Assembly: GCA_002269645.1 (NCBI GenBank)
Contig: NIVC01001953.1
Coordinates: 124,001 to 188,000, forward strand
DNA: 64,000 bases
Source: Macrostomum lignano
Lineage: Eukaryota
Reading direction: 5' to 3'
Part shown: in pieces, positions 11,916 to 24,613 of the stretch
Position numbering within the stretch: position 1 is the first letter of the stretch
How the letters are laid out: each line of letters begins with the position of its first letter
Program-made: the position numbers and the translations under genes
The notes under the pieces: model-generated
The model's input: the letters and a program-made list of their open reading frames with translations, nothing else
What the model was told of the DNA's origin: nothing
Database searches by the model: none

Positions 11916-14900
11916 TCACAGCAGGCCATTGATTTTGACAACCCAAGGTCCTCCGGGTCCGGACAGCAGATCCGGACAATTGGCCTGTCCGGGCAGAGTC
12001 ATATTGACTCCGGACACGCCCGGCCGGTAGGCGAGCCGGACAGGCGGAGCCGCCGTCGGACAGCCTAGCAGGGTGGCGTTGGCGCCTGGCGCGGCGAATT
12101 TGGGCGACGCCAGGCGGACGGGCCCGGCGCCAGGCGCTGGAGGGCCGGACATCAGGAAGGCGTACACTGAGCCAAGGTCTGGCCGGCTGGTGTAGTACAC
12201 CTGGGGGGTTATGGGGATAATTCAGTATGGGGAAAATTCAGTCTGGGGGATAATTCAGTATGGGGATAATTCAGTATAGGGGATAATTCAGTATGGGGGA
12301 TAATTCAGTATGGGGATAATTCAGTATAGGGGATAATTCAGTATGGGGGATAATTCAGTATGGGGGATAATTCAGTATGGGGATAATTCACTACGGGGAT
12401 AATTAGTATGGGGATAATTCTTAATAATTGATAATCAATTATTGGGAAATTCTCAGTGGGAATAATATTCCCATCTGTGAAACTTACCAGCTGAGTAGCA
12501 TTGACATCCCTCTGCACTAGGTGCCAAGGTGTACTATTGTACACAGCCTCTCCGTTGATTGACAGCCAGTCTCCCAGTTGGAGCAGCCGCTCCTCCAGCA
12601 GCGCAGGGATCACTCCGTACGAGGTGGGGCCAATGTTCATGAGGACATTGCCACCGTAGCTGACCGTACTCACAACAGTCTCTAGCATCTCATCTAAGCT
12701 ATAAATATCGGTTAATCGAAGATTTCTAACGTAGCCCCAGCTTCCTTTGATGAGGCTCATAGCGTTCTCGAATTTGTAGGACACCAGCTTGCCTGGGTTG
12801 TAACCGTCCTGGCAGGTGAAGTAGCCGCCGTGTTTGCACGCGGTGCCGAAGCCCCACCTGTCGTTGGTGACCACGGAGTCGCGCACTGGACTGTCGTTGT
12901 ACAGCCAGGCCAGGAACTCGGTGGAGTTCCAGTACTCCGGGATGCCTGGAGGGCCGGGCGGTTTGGTCACGTGATAGATTTGTTGGTTTGGAGAGCCAGC
13001 TCTAGGGGAGTCAATTGGGGTCGGGGACCTTTATATAAACTGCATGTCAAGGGGGTCAGCTGACCTTCACTATAGACTGCATGTCAAGGGGGTCAGCTGA
13101 CCCTCCACTATAGACTACATGTCAAGGGGGTCAGCTGACCTTCACTATAGACTGCATGTCAAGGGGGGCAGCTGACCTCCACTATAGACTACATGTCAAG
13201 GGGGGCAGCTGACCTTCACTATAGACTGCATGTCAAGGGGGGCAGCTGACCTTCACTATAGACTGCATGTCAAGGGGGGCAGCTGACCTCCACTATAGAC
13301 TACATGTCAAGGGGGTCAGCTGACCCTCCACTATAGACTACATGTCAAGGGGGTCAGCTGACCTTCACTATAGACTGCATGTCAAAGGGGGCAGCTGACC
13401 TCCACTATAAACTGCATGTCAAGGGGGGCAGCTGACCTTTACTTTAGACTGCATCCTAAGGGGGGTCAGCTGACCTCCACTATAGACTGCATGTCAAAGG
13501 GGGCAGCTGACCTCCACTATAAACTGCATGTCAAGGGGGGCAGCTGACCTCCACTATAGACTGCATGTCAAGGGGGTCAGCTGACCTTCACTATAGACTG
13601 CATGTCAAGGGGGTCAGCTGACCCTCCACTATAGACTAAATGTCAAGGGGGTCAGCTGACCTTCACTATAGACTGCATGTCAAGGGGGGCAGCTGACCTC
13701 CACTATAGACTACATGTCAAGGGGGGCAGCTGACCTTCACTATAGACTGCATGTCAAGGGGGGCAGCTGACCTCCACTATAAACTGCATGTCAAGGGGGT
13801 CAGTTGACCTTTACTATAAACTGCATGCTAAGGGGGGTCAGCTGACCTCCACTATAGACTGCATGTCAAGGGGGGCAGCTGACCTCCACTATAAACTGCA
13901 TGTCAAGGGGGTCAGTTGACCTTTACTATAAACTGCATGCTAAGGGGGGTCAGCTGACCTCCACTATAGACTGCATGTCAAGGGGGGTCAGCTGACCTCC
14001 ACTGTAAACTTAATTTCAAAGGGAGTCAGTTAACCTTCATACATGATGCAAGTCTGGGGGGGCATAACTTGACCACTAAATGGACTGCAGGTAAAGTGGG
14101 TCAGGGTCAGCTGAACTTCATGAAAACTATGTGCCAAGGGGTCAGTTGACCTCCCAACTATTAAAATAGACTCAGAATATATCTCACCGGCATCCCCATC
14201 GCTCCAGATGACCTCAGGCCGGTACTGATTGACCAATTCGTACAGCTCCGCCATAGTCTTATAGCGAACAAAGTCTTGCGTCACAAAGTTATTTTGCGCG
14301 TCAGTCAAGTACAGCGGGTTGTACCATTCGTACAGGGAGTGATAAACGCCGAATCGGGGGCCGTCGCTGCGATTTCGAATAGCGGCAGCCAGTTCGGCTA
14401 GCAGATTGCGACCGGAGCCAACCTGCGCCGAGTTCCAATTGAACGAATGGCTGGTGTTCCACAGGCAGTAGCCTTCGTGATGCTTGGAAGTTAGCACTAC
14501 GTATTTGGCACCGGAGCGGGACAGGGTGTCCGCCCACGCCTCCGGGTTGAACAGCTCGGCCTGGGTTTGATGGCGATGCGAATGCACACTCCGTTATTGT
14601 GTCTTTCCCCACCAGCTTGTGTCTTCCCCCATCTTCTTGTGTCTTTCCCCACCATCTTGTGTCTTTTCTCAACTTCATGTCTGTCGTCACCATCTTGTGA
14701 CTTTCCACACCATCTTGTGTCTTTTGTCACCATCTTGTGTCTTTTGTCAAAATCTTGTGTCTTTTGTCACCTTCTTGTGTCTTTCGTCACCATCTTGTCT
14801 TTCCACACCATCTTGTGTCTTTTCAACTTCTTTCGCCTTTGCCCACCATTTTGTTTCTTTTGTCACCTTCTTGTGTCTTTCGTCACCATCTTGTCTTTCC

Positions 14901-16450
14901 ACACCATCTTGTGTCTTTTTAACTTCTTTCGCCTTTGCCCACCATTTTGTTTCTTTTGTCACCTTCTTGTGTCTTTCGTCACCATCTTGTCTTTCCACAC
15001 CATCTTGTGTCTTTTTAACTTCTTTCGCCTTTGCCCACCATTTTGTTTCTTTTGTCACCTTCTTGTGTCTTTCTCCACCTTCTTGTGTCTTTTGTCAACA
15101 TCTTGTGTCTTTTCTCAACTTCTTGTGTCTTTTGTCACCATCTTGTGTCTTTTGTCACCATCTTGGGTCTTTTGTCACCATCTTGTCTTTCTCCACCTTC
15201 TTGTGTCTTTCGTCACCATCTTGTCTTTCCACACCATCTTGTGTCTTTTCAACTTCTTTCGCCTTTGCCCACCATTTTGTGTCTTTTGTCACCATCTTGT
15301 GTCTTTTCTCACCATCTTGTGTCTTTCCCCACCTTCTTGTGTCTTTCTTCACCATCTTGTGTCTTTCCCACCATCTTGTGTCTTTCTCCACCTTCTTGTG
15401 TCTTTCTTTACCTTCTTGTGACTTTCTCCACCTTCTTGTGTCTTTCCCACCATCTTGTATCTTAGGTATCTTGTATCTTATCTTGTATCTTGTAGGTGGT
15501 CTTGTGTCTTTTCTCACCATCTTGTGTCTTTCCCCACCATCTTGTGTCTTTCTCCACCTTCTTGTGTCTTTCGTCACCATCTTGTCTTTCCACACCATCT
15601 TGTGTCTTTTCAACTTCTTTCGCCTTTGCCCACCATTTTGTCTTTTTTCACTATCTTGTGTCTTTCCCACCATCTTGTATCTTTCCACCATCTTTTGTCT
15701 TTTCTCACCATCTTGTGTCTTTTGTCACCATCTTGTGTCTTTCCCCACCATCCTGTGTCTTTTCTCAACTTCTTGTGTCTTTCGTCACCATCTTGTGTCT
15801 TTCCACACCATCTTGTGTCTTTTCAACTTTTTTCGTCTTTCACCACCATTTTGTGTCTTTTCTCACCATTTTGTGTCTTTCCCCACCATCTTGTGGCTTT
15901 TCTCAACTTATTGTGTCTTTTCTCAACTTATTGTGTCTTTTCTCACCATCTCGTGTCTTTCCTGTGTATTGTGTCTTTCGTCACCATCTTGTGTCCTCCC
16001 CATCATCTTGTGTCCTTCCTACCATCTTGTCTTTCTCCACCATTTTGTGTCTTTCCTTATCATATTGTGTCTTTTCGCACCACCTTGTGTCTTTCCCAAA
16101 CCCCACCCCTGAGACAGCAGGCGCCGCACCTTGAACTACCTGGCAAAGTCGGCATAGGTGAATCCCGGCGGATAGTTTGCCGCCATAAAGTCCACAAACG
16201 GCTGCTCAGGCCGCACAAAAGGCGGTACACCGCGCCAGCGCCACCAGAACCACTCGTTGCCGAACCCTGGCACGGAGAACACGCCCCAGTGAATGAAGAC
16301 GCCAATCTTGGCCTGATCGTACCAGCCCGGCAGGGGCCGGCTGTCCAGCGACTGCCAGTTGGGCTCGTAGCGAGCCGCGGCGGGGCCAGCCTGGCGGAGC
16401 AGCAGCAACAACAGCAGCAGTAGAAGCGGCAGGCAAAACTGGCGGTACAT
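11916..16450 (-). CDS. FUCA: Alpha-L-fucosidase (GH29); exons 16450-16130, 14560-14188, 12945-12488, 12200-11916; in-frame TAG at 16138-16136, so possibly a pseudogene or null allele
   Basis: Signal peptide plus GH29 motifs: [91 protein letters not shown] and [14 protein letters not shown] phases are consistent (321+373+458+285=1437 nt). Confidence 0.88.
12205..12420. repeat. ~17-bp minisatellite (GGGGATAATTCAGTATG) in FUCA intron 3
   Basis: Tandem array. Confidence 0.9.
13030..14010. repeat. 37-38-bp minisatellite (CACTATAGACTGCATGTCAAGGGGGTCAGCTGACCTT) in FUCA intron 2
   Basis: Tandem array. Many units contain the palindrome GGTCAGCTGACC. Confidence 0.95.
14590..16100. repeat. Degenerate pyrimidine-rich minisatellite (CACCATCTTGTGTCTTT core) in FUCA intron 1
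   Basis: Repeated core with higher-order blocks. Confidence 0.92.
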
Positions 16451-16609
16451 GTCGAAGACTCTGAAAATCAGTAGTTAAGTAAGAGATTAGGTTAGATAAG
16501 ATTGTGCAATTGTAGGTGGGTAAAAGTGAAAGAATAAGTGAAACACGTGCATTAGAGAGTAGGGTAGATTACAACTACAGAGGTAGACGGTAGAACTTGC
16601 AGGGGTAGG

Positions 16610-17530
16610 TGGTAGAACTGCAGGAAGGAGTTGGTAGAACTGCAGGAAGGAGTTGGTAGAACTGCAGGAAGGAGCTGGTAGAACTGCAAGGAGTTGGTAG
16701 AACTGCAAGGAGTTGGTAGAACTGCATGAAGGAGTTGGTAGAACTGCAGGAAGGAATTGGTAGAACTGCAGGAAGGAGTTGGTAGAACTGCAGGAAGGAG
16801 TTGGTAGAACTGCAGGAAGGAATTGGTAGAACTGCAGGAAGGAGTTGGTAGAACTGCAGGAAGGAGTTGGTAGAACTGCAGGAAGGAGTTGGTAGAACTG
16901 CAGGAAGGAATTGGTAGAACTGCAGGAAGGAGTTGGTAGAACTGCAGGAAGGAGTTGGTAGAACTGCAGGAAGGAATTGGTAGAACTGCAGGAAGGAGCT
17001 GGTAGAACTGCAAGGAGTTGGTAGAACTGCAAGGAGTTGGTAGAACTGCATGAAGGAGTTGGTAGAACTGCAGGAAGGAGTTGGTAGAACTGCAGGAAGG
17101 AGTTGGTAGAACTGCAGGAAGGAGTTGGTAGAACTGCAGGAAGGAATTGGTAGAACTGCAGGAAGGAGTTGGTAGAACTGCAGGAAGGAGTTGGTAGAAC
17201 TGCAGGAAGGAATTGGTAGAACTGCAGGAAGGAGCTGGTAGAACTGCAGGAAGGAATTGGTAGAACTGCAGGAAGGAATTGGTAGAACTGCAGGAAGGAG
17301 TTGGTAGAACTGCAGGAAGGAATTGGTAGAACTGCAGGAAGGAATTGGTAGAACTGCAGGAAGGAGCTGGTAGAACTGCAAGGAGTTGGTAGAACTGCAA
17401 GGAGTTGGTAGAACTGCATGAAGGAGTTGGTAGAACTGCAGGAAGGAATTGGTAGAACTGCAGGAAGGAATTGGTAGAACTGCAGGAAGGAATTGGTAGA
17501 ACTGCAGGAAGGAGTTGGTAGAACTGCAGG
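16610..17530. repeat. 22/19-bp minisatellite (GGTAGAACTGCAGGAAGGAGTT)
   Basis: Tandem array upstream of FUCA. Confidence 0.95.
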
Positions 17531-18014
17531 AGGAACCCGTTTTTTAAATAAAAGTTTCAAGTCGTAGGCCACGAATCGGCAGTGTATTGAATTTACAAGA
17601 CTGGTCAAACTTATCCCAAAATTGGCAGCAAACAGAAGTCACTAGCAGGCAAAATAAAATATGAGCAGAATGAATAAAATTACAAAATATAGTAATCAAT
17701 ATAGGAATCAACTAAAATGAAAAATGGATAAGGCTTGCCCCGAATACTTCTTAATCATGCTTAATGTAGTTTCCCGTGTTAAAAAATTAAATAGAACTAA
17801 TTATAAAGTTATCTATATACATATAATCAAAAATGCAAAATTTACACAAAAATTGTACCATTAGTCAATCAGAATTTAAACTCTTCGTCACCTGCACCAA
17901 AAGTACAAGAAAACAGCCTCAGATTAGTTCATATTCAAGTCACACACGCGCCATTCGTGCCCAGTAGTGTGTAGCGCATATAAGTGTTATAATTTACACA
18001 GAAAGAGTAAAAGG

Positions 18015-18545
18015 CGCCCAATTTTCACTTTGGCGCCTAACCCACACTATGGCACCCAATTCTCACTTTGGCGCCTAACCCACACTATGGCACCCAATTC
18101 TCACTTTGGCGCCTAACCCACACTATGGCACCCAATTCTCACTTTGGCGCCTAACCCACACTATGGCACCCAATTCTCACTTTGGCGCCTAACCCACACT
18201 ATGGCACCCAATTCTCACTTTGGCGCCTAACCCACACTATGGCACCCAATTTTCACTTTGGCGCCTAACCCACACTATGGCACCCAATTCTCACTTTGGC
18301 GCCTAACCCACACTATGGCACCCAATTCTCACTTTGGCGCCTAACCCACACTATGGCACCCAATTCTCACTTTGGCGCCTAACCCACACTATGGCACCCA
18401 ATTCTCACTTTGGCGCCTAACCCACACTATGGCACCCAATTTTCTCACTTTGGCGCTCAATTCTTTGTCGTTCGGTTCTCATTTTGGCGCCAAACCTTCA
18501 CTATGAGACACAATTCTCACTATGGCGCCTAATTCTCACTTTGAT
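18015..18545. repeat. 38-bp minisatellite (GGCGCCTAACCCACACTATGGCACCCAATTCTCACTTT)
   Basis: Near-identical tandem units with period 38 and degenerate edges. Confidence 0.95.
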
Positions 18546-18662
18546 CAAATTCAATTTCGCATTCCATTCTTTTAAACTCAATTCAACCCAGCTGCCATTT
18601 ACACAAGAAGCGCGCACGTGACTAAACTGAGTTCTAGACACTCAGTAGTATCACTCCAGCGC

Positions 18663-19535
18663 CTAAACCAAGGGCGGGAAGTCCTCGGGCATGAGGTAGT
18701 GCCTCCGACAGGTGGGACAGGCCGAGCACTCCGCCAGCCATCGCCTGACGCAGTCCTCGTGAAACCGGTGACCGCAAGTCAGCTGACGCAGCCGCTGTCG
18801 GTGACCGTCAGTCGTTGGCAGCGCCTCCTGGCAGACGGCGCACAGAGGCGCATCAAAAGCCAGGCCGGGCGGAGGCGGCGGCAGCGTCGATCCGGCGGCG
18901 TCATCCTCCGCCGTTTTATCGACGTCGACCAGCAGTTGGGCGACAGCGGCGGAGACCAAGTCGGTCTCGGACGCGCGAACTCGCTCAATGGCCGGCATGT
19001 TGGCGAGGGCCGCCGCCACCGAGGCCAGCGAAGCGTCCGGCAGCACTTCGACGACGCGGCGCCAGACTCGACGATCGATTGGTTCAACGGCGACGGCGAC
19101 AGTCGGCGACCGCGAAGTCGGCAGCGAGGACTGCGCTGGCTGGGTCGGCGATTCAGCTGGAAGCCGCAGCAGGTCGAAGTCGGGCGACGGAGGCAGCGCC
19201 GGCGGAGAATCCGGCGAAGGCGGCGTCGGAGGCGTCGTCGATAAGAAGGCTGTTGACGATGTTGACGACGCTGCGGAGGGCGACGTGTCGGCGGCAAGAC
19301 GGCTGTCGGCTTCGGTGCGGAGACGCCTTGAAAGCATCAGTAGGGGGTCTTTAAAAATATTTTATGATTTACTCTGGTGATCAATCCCTTTGCTCCGATT
19401 TTATCTCCCATACGCACAGGAGAGCCATTCAGAGAGAGGAGAAACCGCCTGCGGCGATGAAAATGCACTCAAATACTACGGTCAGTAGGTCTGTAAAGCA
19501 GACAGACAGGCAGACAGACAGACAGACAGACAGGC

Positions 19536-19568
<33 letters not shown>

Positions 19569-19570
19569 GG

Positions 19571-19641
<71 letters not shown>

Positions 19642-20076
19642 GCAGCAAGAACTTTCACAAGACGGAAATGACAGAAGGCAAAAACCCTCACTTTATTTTC
19701 ACAGAAAACAGTAACCCAGACTGCTCACTGCTCACCGAGCCAGCCGCAGCTGCTCCTCCCAGGTCCGCAGGCAGGCCGACAGAGCGTTCGACGGTCGCCG
19801 AGACTTTGCCTCGACCTCCGCCGCCAGCTGTCGCAGCTTGTCGAGCGTCGACAAGGCAACCATCTCCCTCCGACTGGCCTCAGCCGCGGCCGCCCGGTGC
19901 CTCAGCCGCGCCACGGTCAGCCGGCAGCGACGGAGGCCGGCGACAGCGGCGTTTCTCTGCGCCTCGGCCTCGGCCAGGCGGCGCGACAAACCCGAATTCT
20001 CGCGCCGCAACCGCTGCGCCTGGTCGCGAAGGCTCGAAAATTCGTTTTCTTCTTCTTCAGCATCGTCAGCGAGCAT
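18663..20076 (-). CDS. Coiled-coil plus C-terminal RING-H2 E3 ligase (DZIP3/RNF214/TTC3-like C-terminus); exons 20076-19736, 19448-19414, 19348-18663; about 353 aa
   Basis: The RING-H2 reads CAVC...CGHRFHEDC..W....CPTC and is followed by RHYLMPEDFP, like DZIP3 LHVLLPEEFP from memory. The coiled-coil exon joins in frame only through a 35-nt exon with GT-AG flanks (341+35+686=1062 nt). Further upstream exons are not excluded. Confidence 0.7.
19498..19642. repeat. (ACAG)n microsatellite in intron 1 of the RING gene
   Basis: Directly visible. Confidence 0.95.
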
Positions 20077-20261
20077 CGCGCTGACTGCATTGACAGAAAA
20101 TAATAGCCTGCCTGCTAGTCTGAGGCTCGCGCCATCAAAAGACCACACAATGTGCAGGAGCAATTTTGGGTAAACGGCCCGGGTAACTATGGCAATAGAA
20201 TGCCTCGTCAGCTAACTAGTGCTTGAAAGCTAGCAGCTAAGAGATGATACCAACATGAGCA

Positions 20262-21215
20262 CTAGATATGATCCCAACCTGAGCACTAGATATGATCCCA
20301 ACCTGAGCACTAGATATGATCCCAACCTGACCACTAGATATGATCCCAAACTGAGCACTAGATATGATCCCAACCTGACCACTAGATATGATCCCAAACT
20401 GACCACTAGATATGATCCCAACCTGAGCACTAGATATGATCCCAACCTGAGCACTAGATATGATCCCAAACTGAGCACTAGATATGATCCCAACCTGAGC
20501 ACTAGATATGATCCCAAACTGACCACTAGATATGATCCCAAACTGACCACTAGATATGATCCCAAACTGACCACTAGATATGATCCCAAACTGACCACTA
20601 GATATGATCCCAACCTGAGCACTAGATATGATCCCAACCTGAGCACTAGATATGATCCCAAACTGAGCACTAGATATGATCCCAACCTGAGCACTAGATA
20701 TGATCCCAAACTGACCACTAGATATGATCCCAAACTGACCACTAGATATGATCCCAAACTGACCACTAGATATGATCCCAACCTGAGCACTAGATATGAT
20801 CCCAACCTGAGCACTAGATATGATCCCAAACTGACCACTAGATATGATCCCAAACTGACCACTAGATATGATCCCAAACTGACCACTAGATATGATCCCA
20901 AACTGACCACTAGATATGATCCCAACCTGAGCACTAGATATGATCCCAACCTGAGCACTAGATATGATCCCAAACTGACCACTAGATATGATCCCAAACT
21001 GAGCACTAGATATGATCCCAAACTGACCACTAGATATGATCCCAACCTGAGCACTAGATATGATCCCAACCTGAGCACTAGATATGATCCCAAACTAAAA
21101 ACTAGATATGATCCCAACCTGAGCACTAGATATGATCCCAACCTGAGCACTAGATATGATCCCAAACTAAAAACTAGATATGATCCCAACCTGAGCACTA
21201 GACATGACACCTGAA
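20262..21215. repeat. 24-bp minisatellite (ACTAGATATGATCCCAACCTGAGC)
   Basis: Tandem array that accounts for the STRYDPNL pseudo-ORF. Confidence 0.97.
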
Positions 21216-21589
21216 CAAAATAACCAGGCAAAATCAGCAGTAGACATGACCCTAACCTGAACTGAGCACACGACCATAACCTGAGCACATGACCCCAGCA
21301 TGATTTCATGACCCTACCTGACCACTAGATATAATTCCAACCTGAGCAGATAACCACAACCTAATCACATGATCTTGCCCTGAACAGATGACCCAGACCT
21401 GATTACTAAACATGGTCCCAAATTGAACACTTGAACTTAACCTGACCACATGACCCCCACCTAATCACATGCCCCAACCTGAGCACTAGACATAAACTCA
21501 ACGTGACCCTAGCCTGACTACTATCAATGACACCAACCTGCCCACTATTTATTACGTTAACCTGACCGCTATATATGAGCCCGAAATGA

Positions 21590-22075
21590 CCACTATACAT
21601 GACCCAACCTGACCACTATCTATGACCCCAACCTGACCACTATCTATGACCCCAACCTGACCACTATACATGACCCAACCTGACCACTATCTATGACCCC
21701 AACCTGACCACTATCTATGACCCCAACCTGACCACTATCTATGACCCCAACCTGACCATTATCTATGACCCCAACCTGACCACAATCTATGACCCTCAAT
21801 CTGACCATTATCTATGACCCCAACCTGACCACTATCTATAACCCCAATCTGACCACTATGACCCCAACTTGACCACAATATATGACCCTCAATCTGACCA
21901 CTATCTATGACCCCAACCTGACCACTATCTATAACCTTAATCTGACCATTATCTATGACCCCAACCTGACCACAATCTATGACCCTCAATCTGACCATTA
22001 TCTATGACCCCAACCTGACCACTATCTATAACCCCAATCTGACCACTATGACCCCAACTTGACCACAATATATGA
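21590..22075. repeat. 24-bp minisatellite (TATGACCCCAACCTGACCACTATC), related to the 20262-21215 array
   Basis: Tandem array sharing the core GA.CCCAACCTGACCACT. Confidence 0.9.
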
Positions 22076-22709
22076 CCCCAGTCTGAGGTCAGTGACAGTA
22101 AGCTCAATTTATGACCCCATTCGCTTCTCGACCGAACAGCCACTGAAACAGAAAAACTAAAAACAAATTTTAGGCGCAAAAAATCCACGCAAGCTTGAGA
22201 CTCGAAAAAAAGTAATAATTTTGTTTTGATGCAACAGTTTTATTTAATCATATTTAATAGTCTTTGTATATATAATAATATTATTTATGCGATGGGTCAA
22301 TGACTTTACGCGAATAACATATAGATATATGGCCGTTTTGTGTTTGTTTTAACTAGAGCACACCTCAAAATAGAAGGGAGCAACGCCCGGGCCAACTCTA
22401 GGCTTAAAGACAGAGTTTCAGACAACAGCAGGACAAGGTTAAAGCGTTGCTAAGACTGGAGGGGATTTGGGAAAATTTCTAGCGAAAAAATGTCAAAATA
22501 AGAAAGTAAAATGTAACACAGTTAATTTGGTGTGTTTGACGCGAGTATATTCATCAATAGTAAATAACACATTTTATAATATATATGTATGAATAAATAA
22601 TATATAATAATCAGAATAATGCATCAATATAGACAGAGCAGTGAATTATATATACTTATTATGCACAATGAGGGTTTAAAGCAGTGTATAAATAACTAAT
22701 GACATAGAA

Positions 22710-22720
22710 TGCAGACAGGC

Positions 22721-22763
<43 letters not shown>

Positions 22764-22764
22764 A

Positions 22765-22847
<83 letters not shown>

Positions 22848-22848
22848 A

Positions 22849-22891
<43 letters not shown>

Positions 22892-22910
22892 TAGACAGAC
22901 AGACAGACAC

Positions 22911-22946
<36 letters not shown>

Positions 22947-22947
22947 G

Positions 22948-22985
<38 letters not shown>

Positions 22986-23052
22986 AGAAGACAGACAGAC
23001 AGACAGACAGACAGACAGGCAGACAGACAGACAGACAGACAGACAGACAGGC

Positions 23053-23085
<33 letters not shown>

Positions 23086-23180
23086 GGCAGGCAGACAGAC
23101 AGACAGACAGACAGACAGGCAGACAGCCAGACAGACAGACAGACAGGCAGACAGACAGACAGACAGACAGGCAGACAGCC

Positions 23181-23252
<72 letters not shown>

Positions 23253-23270
23253 AGGCAGACAAACAGACAG
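22710..23270. repeat. (ACAG)n microsatellite
   Basis: Directly visible. Confidence 0.97.
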
Positions 23271-23928
23271 CAGATGAGGACAATCAGATCGATTTAAAAC
23301 GAATTTCAACGAGCAGCAAAAGGAACAGAGAAACAGTAACACGACTTCACTCCAATTTCTGCGCTCCTAAGATTTCTTTTACATGCCTACTCAAATAATA
23401 TTAGGGCGGGGTGATGACGGATTATCAGGCGAAATTTAATTAAATATATAAAGTATAGTAATATATAATAAAACTAATAATTATTGTTAACAATTTATCT
23501 TGAGCTTTGGGCACACAAAGACAAACACTAATTATAGTTCTCATTATATTGCAATCTAGATTAATAAGTGCACAAGCGCCCCATCATAATGACACTGGAA
23601 AATTTAATTAAGCGATAATAATTAATGACTGAAGAAATTTTTAGCCAAGACACCAAACAACAGAGCGGCATTTGGATTATTGCACAGGCAACAAGACTAA
23701 TAGTTACTCGAAGACAATCGGAGTTGAATACTCTACTAAACCTGTAGTTCTGTTAATCAATTTGAACTACGCCACAATGCAGTGAAGCAAAAACTTATAC
23801 ACACTACTGTCGGCCCAAATAGTAACACAACGACTCAGTAGTATAAGTAGTAAGGACGAATCAGGAAAATTTATTCTAACTGTAAAATTGCACAGATTCA
23901 TACTCGTATTATCTTGTAAACCAATAAA

Positions 23929-24265
23929 CCCGATGAAAACGGTACCTTGGCGTTTCGGAGTCGTTGCAGATGACGTAGGTGGCAAGAGTCGCTAGAAAGT
24001 CGCAGAAGAGCCGGAGTTACGCAATCAACACCCAGTATAGCCCATTGCTCTCTAATTGCACTCTAACTAGCCTACTGAGTTAGTAGAAAGTTAAGCACCA
24101 AAACAACAATTCTTGGACGACTCTTTCCCGACTCTTTTAAGATTCAACACCTGACGTCTCCGTCCGATTACAGTCTTTTGAGTCGTTAAAAAGTCACAAG
24201 AGTCACTAGCGAGTTGCTTGAAACGACTTTTTAGCGACTCTTGTCACGGTATCGTTTTCAACGGG
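23929..24265. mobile_element. 337-bp non-autonomous DNA transposon (MITE), probably CMC/EnSpm-like
   Basis: The TIRs CCCGATGAAAACGGTACC and GGTATCGTTTTCAACGGG match at 16 of 18 positions. AA(A) flanks both sides, and several GAGTCG/CGACTC subterminal motifs are present. Confidence 0.65.
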
Positions 24266-24613
24266 AAAAGTACAATACTTTTAAATATTTTTAAACACGG
24301 AACAACATTAGACCAGCGCGAGCTTATTGATTGTACTTAAAAATGGATGCCAATGATAATTAAATTGAATCTTTGCAAAAAAATAGTCTATAATATGACT
24401 GCAATTAGTAATATGCGCTTTGACTGTTCGCTTGTCGCGTCTTCCTTGACCAGATCGGTGACGTCCAGCTGATTTTGAGGGAGGGGGTTATGAAGCCCGG
24501 CAGGATTCAAAATGAGAGAGATGAGGCTCCGGTAGATGATGCAATCGAGCACGGAAAGAGAGAAGAGAGAAACGGGCGGGCTGGCCGGCGCGAGCGGCAG
24601 CAGGCGGCCAGCT

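Noticed and set aside
14567-17608. Multiple 180-500-aa ORFs
   Set aside because: They are derived from minisatellites in FUCA intron 1 and upstream of FUCA.
18015-18545. CRISPR-like regular 38-bp array (also 20262-21215 and 35393-36670)
   Set aside because: There are no unique spacers and no cas genes, and the context is eukaryotic. These are plain tandem repeats.
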